Shown here: piece after piece, positions 38,863 through 49,163 of the stretch
How the letters are laid out: every line of letters starts with the position of its first letter
Numbering within the stretch: position 1 is the first letter of the stretch
Source of the DNA: Candidatus Altiarchaeales archaeon
Lineage (GTDB): Archaea; Altiarchaeota; Altiarchaeia; IMC4; SCGC-AAA252-I15
NCBI GenBank assembly: GCA_014727915.1
Contig: WJMO01000006.1
Coordinates: forward strand, 130,137 to 194,136
DNA length: 64,000 nt
Direction: 5' to 3'
Program-made: the position numbers and the translations under genes
Notes under the pieces: model-generated
The model's database searches: none
The model's input: only the letters and a program-made list of their open reading frames with translations
What the model was told of the DNA's origin: nothing

Positions 38863-39627
38863 TCATCTGCTGTGCTTTCTCTTAAGTTGGCCTACCGTGT
38901 ATTCCGCGAGTTTCTCCAGGTTCACCGTGTCATCGCGGTTGTACTTCACCAGAAGGTCGAGTGCTTTCTCGCCCTTCACTTTTTTGCCTGCGACTTCCAC
39001 CGTTCGATCGTTCTCGTAGGCCTTCCACAGCCGCACAGCATCGTATCCCGTCACGCCGTCCGTGTCCCTTGACATGCCCAGCCGGGATTCGATCCTCTTA
39101 AGGCCGCCGCTGAAGCCGAGGGACCTCAGGGGATACATGAGATCAAGGTGAATCTGCTTGAAACTTATGTCCAATGCGTGGGTGAGGAATGGAAGGTCAA
39201 ACCTCATTCCGTTGAATGAGACTATGTATTTGAAATCCTGCAAGTCCTTCTTCAGCTCCCCCAGGTTATCCCCTGACACATAGCTTTTGGTCTCCCTGCC
39301 GCTGTGCACGCAGACGGTTGTCACCTCGTCATAGACAGGTGACAGTCCGGTTGTCTCGATGTCGATGTAGCAGGCGTGGTCCCTGAACGCGTTATACGCC
39401 CTCCACGTCAGAGGCTTGGGCAGGCGTTCCCTGAAGTAGTGGTGGTCGAGGGCGTCGAGGCGTGCGATGCTCTCCAGACAGGCTGCCCTGAGACGCTTGC
39501 AGATGGGCGCCGGCAGTTCAACCTCTTTTTTCGCCAGATGCCTCCAGCTTTTGACACCCCTCTCCCAGAGCATCCTCTCCGTCTTCTCCCCGACCCCGGG
39601 GATATGCTGGAATGTGGACTCGATCAT
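38863..39627 (-). CDS. RNase H-like (DEDD-type) predicted exonuclease
   Basis: N-terminal HhH-like region; YIDIETTGL exonuclease motif. Confidence 0.6.
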   Translation of the reverse strand: MIESTFQHIPGVGEKTERMLWERGVKSWRHLAKKEVELPAPICKRLRAACLESIARLDALDHHYFRERLPKPLTWRAYNAFRDHACYIDIETTGLSPVYDEVTTVCVHSGRETKSYVSGDNLGELKKDLQDFKYIVSFNGMRFDLPFLTHALDISFKQIHLDLMYPLRSLGFSGGLKRIESRLGMSRDTDGVTGYDAVRLWKAYENDRTVEVAGKKVKGEKALDLLVKYNRDDTVNLEKLAEYTVGQLKRKHSR

Positions 39628-39819
39628 TCAAGACAATTAGAATTGGCAATTATTAATTGGACCCTGGACGATGAGCGTGGTGGATCCGGGAGGAGTTTCG
39701 CATCATCCGGAGTCACGATAGGGATATCGGCGGTTTTGGCTCCGGCAGCCATCACCCCGCTCATGTAGTTACCAGATGGTTACCTCAACATTATAATCCA
39801 GGGGAATAATAGTATTAAT

Positions 39820-40182
39820 ATGAAGGACCTTAGGTATCTTACGGGCGTTTTAGCCATTCTGCTCTTGTCTGCCGCGTTCTTTGCGTTGAACACCGGAGCG
39901 GACGAGACACCGCAATTACCCCAGCAGGTGGATGAAAAAGCCCACGACTGCCTTGATTTCATCGACTCTGACGGCGACGGCGTATGCGACAAGGAAGGAA
40001 CGTGCCTGAAGCACAACAGTGAAGGGGGATGCGGCAACTGCGATAGGCACAAGTACGAAGGTTCTGAAGTTGGGTGCAGTTTCGGACGCAAAGAAGGCAA
40101 GGTCGGAGGATGCACTGGAGTATGCGGGAAGCACGCCGGCAAAGACCATCTGCCCTGCGGGCGAAAAAGCGTTTTCAGTTGA
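39820..40182 (+). CDS. Secreted Cys/Gly-rich small protein, hypothetical
   Basis: Signal peptide; DxDGDGVCD and many Cys/Gly/Lys. Confidence 0.4.
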   Translation: MKDLRYLTGVLAILLLSAAFFALNTGADETPQLPQQVDEKAHDCLDFIDSDGDGVCDKEGTCLKHNSEGGCGNCDRHKYEGSEVGCSFGRKEGKVGGCTGVCGKHAGKDHLPCGRKSVFS

Positions 40183-40332
40183 AGATGGGATTGTTCTGCG
40201 GTGAATGCGGTCTGACGGAGGCGATAACGCCCCTGCTGCTTACACTGTCCGTCATACTGCCAGTGGAACTGAAGTCCAGAGTTGAACGTTACCTCGCAAG
40301 CCGCAGATGCGAAGTCAAAGAGGAAGAGCCGG

Positions 40333-41496
40333 TTAAGTGAACATGCTCAGGCTCGTCTGTACGTTATGAAGGTTCTCCCTCAGGAGAAGAGACTCTCTCT
40401 CATAGGTCTCAATAGGCAGGGTCAGCTTTCCCAAAGCCTGGTCAAGCGCCTCTATGAGGGTGTTATGCTCTGTTGGCTTGCCTTTCACCGCCGCCCGGAC
40501 GTTCTCGCGCACATTGAAAACTCCCAGAGGGACGTAGCCGGGGTAGGCTTCCCTGAGTATTATCGCTCCTGCCTGGATCTTCTCTCTGTGCAGCTGCTCC
40601 AACACAGCCATCTTGCAGCTGTAGTAGCATCCGCCCACGCAACTGTATCCTCTCTTGCCGAGGTTGGTCTCATGGTCTCCGAAGGTGTGGGTCCTGCCGC
40701 CCAAGACTTTGATGAAGGACTCAGTCCACTCGTACTGCCATGCCGTAGGCAGCAGAATCACCTGGTAGCTGTTGTTGAGGCTCTGGTGCCCGTAGACCCG
40801 GTAGCAGTCTAGGATGTCATTTTGCCTGACCTCCTCAAGGAGGTGGTTTCCGATCGTCGAATCACATGCTGTTATCGACCACCTGGTGGGCACCATCCTC
40901 CGGTTCCTCTTCAACCCGAACGCGCCTACAGACAGCGCCTTCTGCATCTTGGAGAAATGCGTCTCACGCCTGTGAAGGTCCAGTATGGCTTCTTTCGCCT
41001 TCAAGTCCGTGTCATAGTATGCTTTCTCAAGGTCCCTGTCCCAGCTGCCCTCCTCTACCCTGTATTCTTCGAGGAACGCGCTGGGTCCGTGAGGTGTGTG
41101 CTCGTCGCTCAACCTCAATCCCCTGGGCTGGTTCCTGAACTTCACCTCTCCCATGCTTGAACGCTTTGAGAGTGCGGTCTCCTGGAGTTTCACCGCGAGC
41201 CTGTCCTCAACGTCCGTGACATCCAGCTCCCGCTTGCCCCTGACCAGGTTAACCCTGTAGTTTATTATCTCATCCTGCTCGTATCCGCCTGGCACCCACT
41301 CTTCCGGGCTGTCATATATTTCCGTCGCCTCATGTTCAGCTGCCATCATGGGACCGGCGTAGACTTTGGGATAGTTCCAGGAGCCGATGAACACCGAAGG
41401 GGGAGTGCTGCCCTCCATCTCCCTGCCGACGTCAACGCTCCTGATCCTGGTCTGAGCCGTAAGCTGCTTCAGAAAATAGCCCTTACCCTTCAGCAT
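40333..41496 (-). CDS. Hypothetical protein (possibly Nre-like DNA-repair-associated family)
   Basis: 387 aa; PSVFIGSWNYPKVYAGP block and later Cys cluster SCVGGCYYSC; family assignment is from memory only. Confidence 0.45.
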   Translation of the reverse strand: MLKGKGYFLKQLTAQTRIRSVDVGREMEGSTPPSVFIGSWNYPKVYAGPMMAAEHEATEIYDSPEEWVPGGYEQDEIINYRVNLVRGKRELDVTDVEDRLAVKLQETALSKRSSMGEVKFRNQPRGLRLSDEHTPHGPSAFLEEYRVEEGSWDRDLEKAYYDTDLKAKEAILDLHRRETHFSKMQKALSVGAFGLKRNRRMVPTRWSITACDSTIGNHLLEEVRQNDILDCYRVYGHQSLNNSYQVILLPTAWQYEWTESFIKVLGGRTHTFGDHETNLGKRGYSCVGGCYYSCKMAVLEQLHREKIQAGAIILREAYPGYVPLGVFNVRENVRAAVKGKPTEHNTLIEALDQALGKLTLPIETYERESLLLRENLHNVQTSLSMFT

Positions 41497-41569
41497 ATGA
41501 AGAACTTCGACACCCTAATAAAAACAATAGGGGTTAGAGCAGCGGAAAAATAAATGTTTGGGGGGATGT

Positions 41570-41797
41570 CTATAGCATCTCCCCTATCTCTATTGTGTCG
41601 TCTTCAGGTATGAACGGGGGCATAACCTCGTCCACGTCCACATCGTCCAATGACGTGTTATCTGCGACGGTGCCGGGCTGCACTCTCGTATCCCCCTGGG
41701 GGCTGGAGTCCTCCGACATGCCGGCGTCCGTATGCGTGGACTGCATGCATCCTATGGCAAACACCACCAGCACTGCGAGGGCGACTAATGCTCTCAT
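41570..41797 (-). CDS. Small acidic lipoprotein, hypothetical
   Basis: Signal peptide with GC lipobox; stop overlaps upstream gene start. Confidence 0.35.
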   Translation of the reverse strand: MRALVALAVLVVFAIGCMQSTHTDAGMSEDSSPQGDTRVQPGTVADNTSLDDVDVDEVMPPFIPEDDTIEIGEML

Positions 41798-42783
41798 TTT
41801 CCATTGCCTCCGCCGCCGTTATTGCCCTGTGCTCCTAAACCGTTATTGCCCGGTCCTCCACCGGCGGGGTTTTCCTGGCCTGGGCCTTTCTTATCCTGTT
41901 GTTTCTGGATTATCTCCTGGCGCTTTTCCATGCGGTCCTGGAGCTTGCCCATCTGGCGGTCGAGGTTCTCCACCCTCTTCTGCAGCCGCTCCTGCGCGCC
42001 ATCCGACAGGTTCATGGCCTGGGCCTTCTCCAACCTCTTCTCAAGCCTGGCGTTAGCTCTTTCCATCTGGTTCAACGCAACCCTGTCGGCCACAGCCTTC
42101 TTGAAGACGCTCCCCTTGACATGCTCTTCCTTCATCGCAGACCATGCGTTCCTCTTCTGGGTATTGTTCATTGCCTTAAATGCGTTCTTCAATGACTTTT
42201 GTACCTGGCTCTTGTTCGCTTCGCCGTTCTCCACATCCTCGATAAGGCCAGGGTCGTCTATGCCGGCCGCGTCCATCATGTTCTGCAGCTGCTCCGCATT
42301 ATACGCGTTCCGGGCATTCCGGAACCTCTGCTTCCACTCCTGCCCGGTGCCGTTCAACTCAGCCCTAAATGACTTCCTCAAAGCCGCCGCCTCAGGACCG
42401 GAGATCAAAGTCCTCGCGGATTCCCGGAACTCCTTGGTCAAAGCCACAGACTCCTGTTTCATGTCAACAAAAGCCTTAGCCGCCGCCTCCCCGACCGCGG
42501 GCTCCGTGGACCCGACCTCGTCCAATAGCACGTTCATCTCGGCCAGAATCGCCTCCAGGCCGGACGAGTCACTCCCGTTCGCCTCAACATACCCTATTAT
42601 CTCCTCACCCCATGCGATGTTCTTCTCAAGCGCCCGCTCAAGCTGGAGCAGACGCACCTCAGAACCCCAGGTGGACCTGAAAGCCAGTGTCTCATTCTCC
42701 ACCTCTCCACCAGCATCCTCTGCGAATACAGGGTTCGCGTAAGCCAACACCACCAACAAGCTCAAAATCAATGCTTTTTTCAT
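41794..42783 (-). CDS. Secreted coiled-coil protein with Gly/Asn-rich tail
   Basis: Signal peptide; long helical K/E/Q-rich region; C-terminal GPGNNGLGAQGNNGGGGNGK. Confidence 0.5.
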   Translation of the reverse strand: MKKALILSLLVVLAYANPVFAEDAGGEVENETLAFRSTWGSEVRLLQLERALEKNIAWGEEIIGYVEANGSDSSGLEAILAEMNVLLDEVGSTEPAVGEAAAKAFVDMKQESVALTKEFRESARTLISGPEAAALRKSFRAELNGTGQEWKQRFRNARNAYNAEQLQNMMDAAGIDDPGLIEDVENGEANKSQVQKSLKNAFKAMNNTQKRNAWSAMKEEHVKGSVFKKAVADRVALNQMERANARLEKRLEKAQAMNLSDGAQERLQKRVENLDRQMGKLQDRMEKRQEIIQKQQDKKGPGQENPAGGGPGNNGLGAQGNNGGGGNGK

Positions 42784-42875
42784 ATTCCATTCACCTCACA
42801 ACATTTGTTGGTTGCTTACATCTAAGGTGGAACAGCATAAGAGCCTACGCCGGAAAACGGCGGAAAACCGCGGAA

Positions 42876-43559
42876 CTAGTTCAACTTCACCATGGCGCTC
42901 ATCCCGACCCGCCTCTTCTCGACAACGCCCATGCCCTCGAGTGTGTCTATGTTCCGTGACACGCTGGACTTGGGCAGGTTCAGCTGCTCACATATCTCCG
43001 CCTGGTTCACGGGAGCATTCCTCTCCCTGAGGAACTCGACTATCATCCTCTGCCTGTCGGTGAGCATACGATCGTCAAAGCCAGCACCTGCCTTGGAAGG
43101 CCTCCACCATAGATACATCACCGCAGAGGCGGCAGCCAACAAGGCTATGACGGCAGCATACAGTGTGCTGTTGTCAGGTGAACTTTCACGGCCGATGGTG
43201 TACTGGACCAGGACATTGAAGGGCTCATCCTCCCCAACCCCCGACACCTTAACCCTCCCATCCTCGGAGGATATCCTGAAGCCCCGGGGGGACATGGCAT
43301 AGTTGACTTCCGCCCCTTCGGGCAGCTTGACAGAGTACACGTACTCGGTGAAATCACCGTCCAAGCTGATGTTAAGCAGCCAGTAGCCGCCGCGCTTGAA
43401 CGTGTACTGGTCGTAGACCCCGTCAGCCAGCAGGGGGTGGTTGCTGGTGCCAGATATTGTAGCGGCTCCAGACCCGCTGACATCAAATGATACGTCAGCG
43501 TAGTAGGCCTCGGCCGAGGCGAAACCAACCAATAAGATGAAAAGCAAAACCCGCTTCAT
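42876..43559 (-). CDS. Membrane-anchored wHTH regulator with extracytoplasmic domain (paralog family)
   Basis: Signal peptide (start probably MKRVLLF at 43559), external beta-rich domain, TM, C-terminal wHTH. Confidence 0.55.
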   Translation of the reverse strand: MKRVLLFILLVGFASAEAYYADVSFDVSGSGAATISGTSNHPLLADGVYDQYTFKRGGYWLLNISLDGDFTEYVYSVKLPEGAEVNYAMSPRGFRISSEDGRVKVSGVGEDEPFNVLVQYTIGRESSPDNSTLYAAVIALLAAASAVMYLWWRPSKAGAGFDDRMLTDRQRMIVEFLRERNAPVNQAEICEQLNLPKSSVSRNIDTLEGMGVVEKRRVGMSAMVKLN

Positions 43560-43719
43560 CGTGGAGAATATATATGCCAGACATCCTCTTAAAGGCATAA
43601 GCCACAACCGACAGTTAAAATTATTTATAATATTTTCAAAATAATTTAAAATTTTACATTAATACTTTGTCTTCCATGTTGGGCTGGCCGGTATTTTTAT
43701 TCCCTGTTCCCATGAGTTC

Positions 43720-46314
43720 ATGTTCAATATGCGGTGGTTGGTTTTATTCATAGTGTTGGCGCTATTATCAGGCTTCACGACTGGCAGGCAGGATCAGGGC
43801 ATGATGCCCGACCTGGGAAAGCAGAAGCCCGGCGCTGGCATCCCTGAGGTAGAGACCGGCCCCGGCAGCCAGCCGGCAGACCTGCCGGAGGTGCCCGGGG
43901 AGCGGGCGCTCATCTCCGGCGTGCCACACTATTATCAGGCGACCATGGAGGGGGAGATGTGCCCCAACCTCCTGCCCCTGCTCCTGGGAAGCCCCGTGCC
44001 CGCAGGCTACAAGGACTATAAGACCGGGTGCGGGCCGGTTGCTGCAGTGGCTGTTATGGGGTGGTGGGAGCGCCGGGGGGTAGACGGCCTGCTGCTGCAT
44101 ACGGTGGAGGGGGACGGCCTGCCCCAGGACACGATAATAGAGATAGGCCAGTACGAGTACTTGAGGAGGCTGCCGGACTGTGACAGCGGCCAGGCGGCGG
44201 TGACACCCTCAAGGTTCGAGACAGGATTCCAGAACTACCTGGACGACCACGGCAGCGTGGAATTCACGGTCACAAAATACAAGATAACCAAGGACAGCGA
44301 CTTCGACCAGATATGGGATATGGTCAAGGAGGAGATAGACAACGGCCGGCCCCTCGTATACCTGCTCAGGCATGACGGTCTGCGGCAGGACGCAGCCAAC
44401 GACCAGGACAACCACAAGCTCGCAGACCACTACATCGTCATAGTAGGATATGATACGGTGGACAACCAGCGTGTTCTGGTGGGCCAGTACAACTTCGGCT
44501 ACGTCGGCTACTACGACCACTACTTCACCCACTGGCTACCCCTCGAGGTCGGAGACTACACAACAGCCTATCCAAAGTACCACCTGTTCGCCATCCGGCC
44601 TGTCTCAGAGCCGGACTACATGGGAGAGTGCAGCGGGTGGCTGCTGAACACCACCAGGTTCCACGAGGCAGACCCCTACGACGGCGTCCAGTCGGAGTAC
44701 TTCAGGCCCTACCAGGCGGAGTTCACCAACGGCAGCACATGGAAGAAGACCAACGTGTTGGAGAAGCAGGACGGCATCTGCTTCGTGGCCAGGTGGATAG
44801 ACTCCGACGAGGACGGCATCTATGACGGGGAGGACAACTGCCCCGACATCTACAACCCAGGCCAGGAGAACGGCGACGGCGACGATTACGGGGACATATG
44901 CGACTACCCGGACATCGTGTTAGAATACGGTTACAGGGACTATTCCGAGGTGGAGTTGGGTGACGGGCGGGCGAGGATATCATTCACCATCGACACGAAC
45001 CTCACCAACCAGGGAACAGACCCCATTGTAGCCGGGACTTCACTGGTTGTGAAGTGGGTGCAGGAGGCAGTGACAACAGGGGGTGAGAAGGTAACAGCCG
45101 ATGAAGATGGCGAGATTGTGCCTTTGAAGATAACCCAGGCCAAAGGAAGTAAGAAGCTGATGATCATGGAGAACATCCCGGACGAGGATGAAGGCGGCAG
45201 CGGGCCTGAACTCATTTTGAACGTGGACGGCATGTTGGACATGCCGTTGGAACGCAGCCAGCAGGTGACTTTGTCTGCCGGGCTGTTGGAAGGCGGGTCT
45301 TATAGCCTGGACTCCCAGACGTTCTCGTTGATATTGGACGAGGGCGAATGCGCCACTGTCACCCACACGATATACACCATCGATTCGGTGGATGAGATGG
45401 ACGGCCATGAGGACAATGAAGTGGTTGAAGTCCCCTACAACAAGCTCAGCGACTGCTTCGGAGTCGCTGGAATAGACCCTGACGATGTTATAGACAGCAT
45501 ACTCGGGCCTCAAGCTTCCGTGGACGGCGCGGACACCCCTGAGTTGGACAAGGACATCGCCGAAGCCGGCATAGACCAGATAATAGGGATCCTGCAGACC
45601 ATAGGACCGGAGGGCGGTACGAACCTCTACCACGACCATTTGACCGTTGACTTCCCCGCGGGCGCTGTTGACAGGCAGCTGCCGTTGAAGGTGAAGATAT
45701 TCAGGGGTAGTATGGCGGGGTTCGATCCCGTGGGGGAAGTATATGACATCCAGTTCCCGCCGGGGCAGAGGCTTAACAAGCCCGTGACATTGTCCATAGG
45801 CTATGGGGGTGAAGACCTCGCCGGGGTTGAGGAGGGTTCCCTGGCTGTTCACACTTTCTCCCAGGGCAGGTGGACTGCCCTGCCATCCGAGGTTGACACG
45901 GCATATGATGTTGTGTCAACCCAGCTGAACCATTTCACCCTATACGCACTCGCACCATTAGGTCAGGGTTCTAAGACGCCGCCGAAGCCGTTCAACAAGT
46001 CGACGGCTAAGCCATTCGACAAGCCGGATCTTGGGAAGCCAAATAGATCAGAGATGCGCGGTTTCAAAGGCCCGGAGGGTAAAACGGGCGGAGAGAAGGC
46101 TTTGCTGTTCAAGCACATGAAATCCGGCGAGCAGCTTGTGAAGGTGAAGAACGTGACAAAGGACGGCCGCCCCGCCTACCAGGTGCAGAAAAAACGCAGA
46201 GCCAGGATACTAGGCATAGTTCCTGTTGATGTGAACGTGGAGACGACAGTCGACGCCAACAGCGGGGAGAAACTGGGGGAGAATAAGCCCTGGTGGAACT
46301 TCCTGGCATTCTAA
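43720..46314 (+). CDS. Large secreted protein: N-terminal C39-like papain-fold peptidase domain, thrombospondin type-3-like Ca-binding repeats, extended beta-rich region
   Basis: Signal peptide; catalytic-type Cys (YKTGCGPVAAVAVMGWW) and His (ADHYIVIVGYD); DSDEDGIYDGEDNCPDIYNPGQENGDGDDYGDICD. Confidence 0.65.
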   Translation: MFNMRWLVLFIVLALLSGFTTGRQDQGMMPDLGKQKPGAGIPEVETGPGSQPADLPEVPGERALISGVPHYYQATMEGEMCPNLLPLLLGSPVPAGYKDYKTGCGPVAAVAVMGWWERRGVDGLLLHTVEGDGLPQDTIIEIGQYEYLRRLPDCDSGQAAVTPSRFETGFQNYLDDHGSVEFTVTKYKITKDSDFDQIWDMVKEEIDNGRPLVYLLRHDGLRQDAANDQDNHKLADHYIVIVGYDTVDNQRVLVGQYNFGYVGYYDHYFTHWLPLEVGDYTTAYPKYHLFAIRPVSEPDYMGECSGWLLNTTRFHEADPYDGVQSEYFRPYQAEFTNGSTWKKTNVLEKQDGICFVARWIDSDEDGIYDGEDNCPDIYNPGQENGDGDDYGDICDYPDIVLEYGYRDYSEVELGDGRARISFTIDTNLTNQGTDPIVAGTSLVVKWVQEAVTTGGEKVTADEDGEIVPLKITQAKGSKKLMIMENIPDEDEGGSGPELILNVDGMLDMPLERSQQVTLSAGLLEGGSYSLDSQTFSLILDEGECATVTHTIYTIDSVDEMDGHEDNEVVEVPYNKLSDCFGVAGIDPDDVIDSILGPQASVDGADTPELDKDIAEAGIDQIIGILQTIGPEGGTNLYHDHLTVDFPAGAVDRQLPLKVKIFRGSMAGFDPVGEVYDIQFPPGQRLNKPVTLSIGYGGEDLAGVEEGSLAVHTFSQGRWTALPSEVDTAYDVVSTQLNHFTLYALAPLGQGSKTPPKPFNKSTAKPFDKPDLGKPNRSEMRGFKGPEGKTGGEKALLFKHMKSGEQLVKVKNVTKDGRPAYQVQKKRRARILGIVPVDVNVETTVDANSGEKLGENKPWWNFLAF

Positions 46315-46321
46315 AAAAAAT

Positions 46322-46759
46322 TTGAAGCTTTATTTGCATACTACCAAATATGGCATAATGGTCACTGGAACAGTCCCCAAGGAGGAGGTTCCCCGGCGTA
46401 TTGGCACTGACGGAGCTATTTTGAGGAAGGACGGTGTTCTGGTGGGGCCGCGGGAGTTCGTGCGACTAAGCAGGAGTGAACGGCAGCTGTTGGACAAGCT
46501 GCTAGTGGAGTGCTATGGGGACGTGAAAGACCCGTTGGACACCTGGGCCGAGACCCCGGTTGGCAGGATCTTCTCCCTACAAGAGCGTGACTCCATAATA
46601 AAAGGTGTGAAAGACGACCTGGACCCTGAGGACGCGGGTCTGTTGTTCGACCGGCTTGAGAAGCTCAAGCACGAGAAGGAAGTCCCCCACCCCCAGGAGC
46701 ACTTCCACACGCAACTAACGCACGCTGCCAAGTACGCAAGCCAACGGCAGAGAATCTGA
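46322..46759 (+). CDS. Hypothetical protein
   Basis: 145-aa ORF, no recognisable motif. Confidence 0.35.
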   Translation: MKLYLHTTKYGIMVTGTVPKEEVPRRIGTDGAILRKDGVLVGPREFVRLSRSERQLLDKLLVECYGDVKDPLDTWAETPVGRIFSLQERDSIIKGVKDDLDPEDAGLLFDRLEKLKHEKEVPHPQEHFHTQLTHAAKYASQRQRI

Positions 46760-47118
46760 AAAAGCAGGATATATTTTTCCATATCCTACCTAGTATTCTA
46801 CCATGGGCAAGTTTAGGATGGTCTTCGGCCATAGCATCCAGGGTATTGAGGCCCGTGAGGAGCTGCGGCACAGAATACAAGTCGGGATTGAAGTGCACCG
46901 ACACAGACCTCGGACAGCACTTCTACTTCCCAGGCACCACAACAGGAAAACGATACTCCGCCTCGACCTCTGTGGACACTGAGACCGACAGCTGCGAAGG
47001 CGAGTTCATACTCAACGAATACTACTACGTCGGCGACACCCGGTACATCACACAGTACAGGTGCCCCAACGGCTGCGAAGACGGAGCCTGCAAGAGCGGT
47101 TTGTAACGTCAAGCCCTT

Positions 47119-48516
47119 CTATTTCCGGCCGTTCCAGCAGTATAGGCAGAGTTTCTCCCTGGGCAGGCCGATCGCCTCTATCATGTCTTCGAGGCGCTGG
47201 TACATTAGGGACGTGGAGCCGAGGTCATTGTTTATCCACTCTACCATCTTGGCGTATTCGTCGGAGTCGGAATCCAGGTATTTGTCCACGTTCTTTTTTA
47301 TGTCTCCTTCCAGGCTTTTTATCGCCTTCCGGGCGGCCAGCTCCTCCAGGGTCTTCGTGGAAAGGTTGTACTTGCAGGGGAACATAAGCGGGGGACAGGC
47401 CACTCTGATGTGGATCTCCCTGGCTCCGCTGTTGTATAGTTTGTTGAGGGTGTAGTTCTTCAGCTGTGTGCCGCGGACGATGCTGTCCTCGCATATCACG
47501 ATGCTCTTGCCCTTTATGATCTTCTCGTTGGGTATGAGCTTCATCAAGGCTATCTGGTCCCTTGTCTCCTGGGAAGGGGGAGTGTAGCTGCGTCCATATC
47601 CGGGTGTGTACTTGACCATGGGGCGCCTGAAGGGAACTCCAGCGCCGATCGCGTAACCGATGGCATGCGCCACCCCGGAATCGGGTATGCCCGCGGCCAT
47701 ATCAGCCTTCACACTATCGCGTGCTGCCAGGGCCTTCCCGCACCGTTCCCTGACCTCCTCCGCGTTTATTCCCTCGTAGTCAGATGCCGGGAAGCCCGTG
47801 TATATCCACATGAAAGAGCATATCCGATTGTCTTCCCCCTCTTTTTTAACCGTCTTAACGCCCTTTTCAGTGAGCAGGACTATCTCGTCCGGTCCGACGT
47901 GCTTCTTCGCCTTCAAACCCAGGTTGGAGAAGGCGCATGACTCGGATGTGACCGCGTGGAATCCATCGCCTTCGCCGACTACGAGGGGAAACCTGCCTTT
48001 CCGGTCGCGGGCAGCGTATACTCCGTCCTTGTTCAGTAGCAGCAGTGTTATAGAGCCTTGGATCTGGTCGTACATCTTGCCTATGCCGTCGACGATGTCA
48101 TCGCCTTTGCTTATCATTGTTGCCACCAGCTCGGCCGGGTTCACTCCGTCCTTGGAGTACTCTGAGAATGTCTCCCCGTTCTCGATCAGCTCGCTGGCTA
48201 TTTCAGACTTGTTCTCTATGAGCCCGTTTGTGCAGAGGGCGTAGGTGCCGAACTTCGACTCGAATACGAGGGGCTGCTCGTTGCTGTCGCTTATGACGCC
48301 GATGCCCGCTTTGCCCTCTATGTCCTGGAGGTCCTGGTAGAACTTCCCCTTGAACTGGCTCTGCTGTATGTCGTGTATCTTCTTCGTTATCCTGTTCTCG
48401 CCGTTGAGGACTGCGAGGCCCCCGTACTGTGTTCCAAGGTGGCTGTGGTAGTCCACGCCCACGAATAGTTTGCTCGTGCAATCCGCCCCGCCTATGACTC
48501 CGAACAATCCACTCAT
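47119..48516 (-). CDS. Amidophosphoribosyltransferase-like protein (PurF family) with Ser in place of the N-terminal nucleophile Cys
   Basis: Ntn-amidotransferase + PRTase layout; PRPP motif SIVICEDSIVRGTQ; N-terminus MSGLFGVIG where PurF has MCG. Confidence 0.75.
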   Translation of the reverse strand: MSGLFGVIGGADCTSKLFVGVDYHSHLGTQYGGLAVLNGENRITKKIHDIQQSQFKGKFYQDLQDIEGKAGIGVISDSNEQPLVFESKFGTYALCTNGLIENKSEIASELIENGETFSEYSKDGVNPAELVATMISKGDDIVDGIGKMYDQIQGSITLLLLNKDGVYAARDRKGRFPLVVGEGDGFHAVTSESCAFSNLGLKAKKHVGPDEIVLLTEKGVKTVKKEGEDNRICSFMWIYTGFPASDYEGINAEEVRERCGKALAARDSVKADMAAGIPDSGVAHAIGYAIGAGVPFRRPMVKYTPGYGRSYTPPSQETRDQIALMKLIPNEKIIKGKSIVICEDSIVRGTQLKNYTLNKLYNSGAREIHIRVACPPLMFPCKYNLSTKTLEELAARKAIKSLEGDIKKNVDKYLDSDSDEYAKMVEWINNDLGSTSLMYQRLEDMIEAIGLPREKLCLYCWNGRK

Positions 48517-48590
48517 CCTAAAGGAGAAGCTATTGGACAGATAGTTTAAAAAGTAATGTAATAAACCCTGACGCATAATCTCTTCCCAAT

Positions 48591-49163
48591 ATGAGAATGT
48601 CCATTGTTTTGCTGGTTATTATGTCGGGTTGCCTCGGAGGCGGGCCCGACGTGGAGGCCGAGCCGACGACGACTACCATCACCCTGCCCGAGGACTGCGG
48701 TTTAGACGTTCCAGTCAGGCTGCAGATGGATGGGGACTGGTGCGGGGTGGCGGTATCCCAGATGATCCTGGAATACTATGGGTTATACGCGGACCAGAAG
48801 ACGCTCTCGGAGGAGATAGTCGGGGACCGTGGAGGCTCCTTAACGCATATGAAGGACGTGCTTGCAGGCTATGGGCTGGAGGTCGAGGAGAAGAACTATG
48901 GTTTGGAGGGTGTCAGCGAATTGGAGAAGGCAGTCTGCGGGGAGAGGTCGCCCGTAATCGTCTTGCAGAGGATGGGCTTCGAAAACCCGAACAGCCACTA
49001 CAGGATCGTCGCAGGCTTCGACAGGAGATACGCTTATGTAATCGACCCATACTATGGGCGGGTGAGATTCACCAGGAACGAGTTCAGGGAGCTGTGGGAG
49101 TTCAACGACCCGAACAGGGTGGACAACACCGCCTTGATAGTCAGGGGAGGGGTGAGGGTTTGA
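48591..49163 (+). CDS. C39-like papain-fold peptidase-domain lipoprotein (catalytic residues present)
   Basis: Lipobox SGC; Q-x5-C (LQMDGDWCGVAV) and His (SHYRIVAGFD). Confidence 0.6.
   Translation: MRMSIVLLVIMSGCLGGGPDVEAEPTTTTITLPEDCGLDVPVRLQMDGDWCGVAVSQMILEYYGLYADQKTLSEEIVGDRGGSLTHMKDVLAGYGLEVEEKNYGLEGVSELEKAVCGERSPVIVLQRMGFENPNSHYRIVAGFDRRYAYVIDPYYGRVRFTRNEFRELWEFNDPNRVDNTALIVRGGVRV

Noticed and set aside
46803-47106. Short ORFs between 46759 and 47119 (including 46846..47106 Cys-containing 86-aa ORF)
   Set aside because: No signal peptide, RBS or recognisable motif; overlapping alternative frames are equally open.
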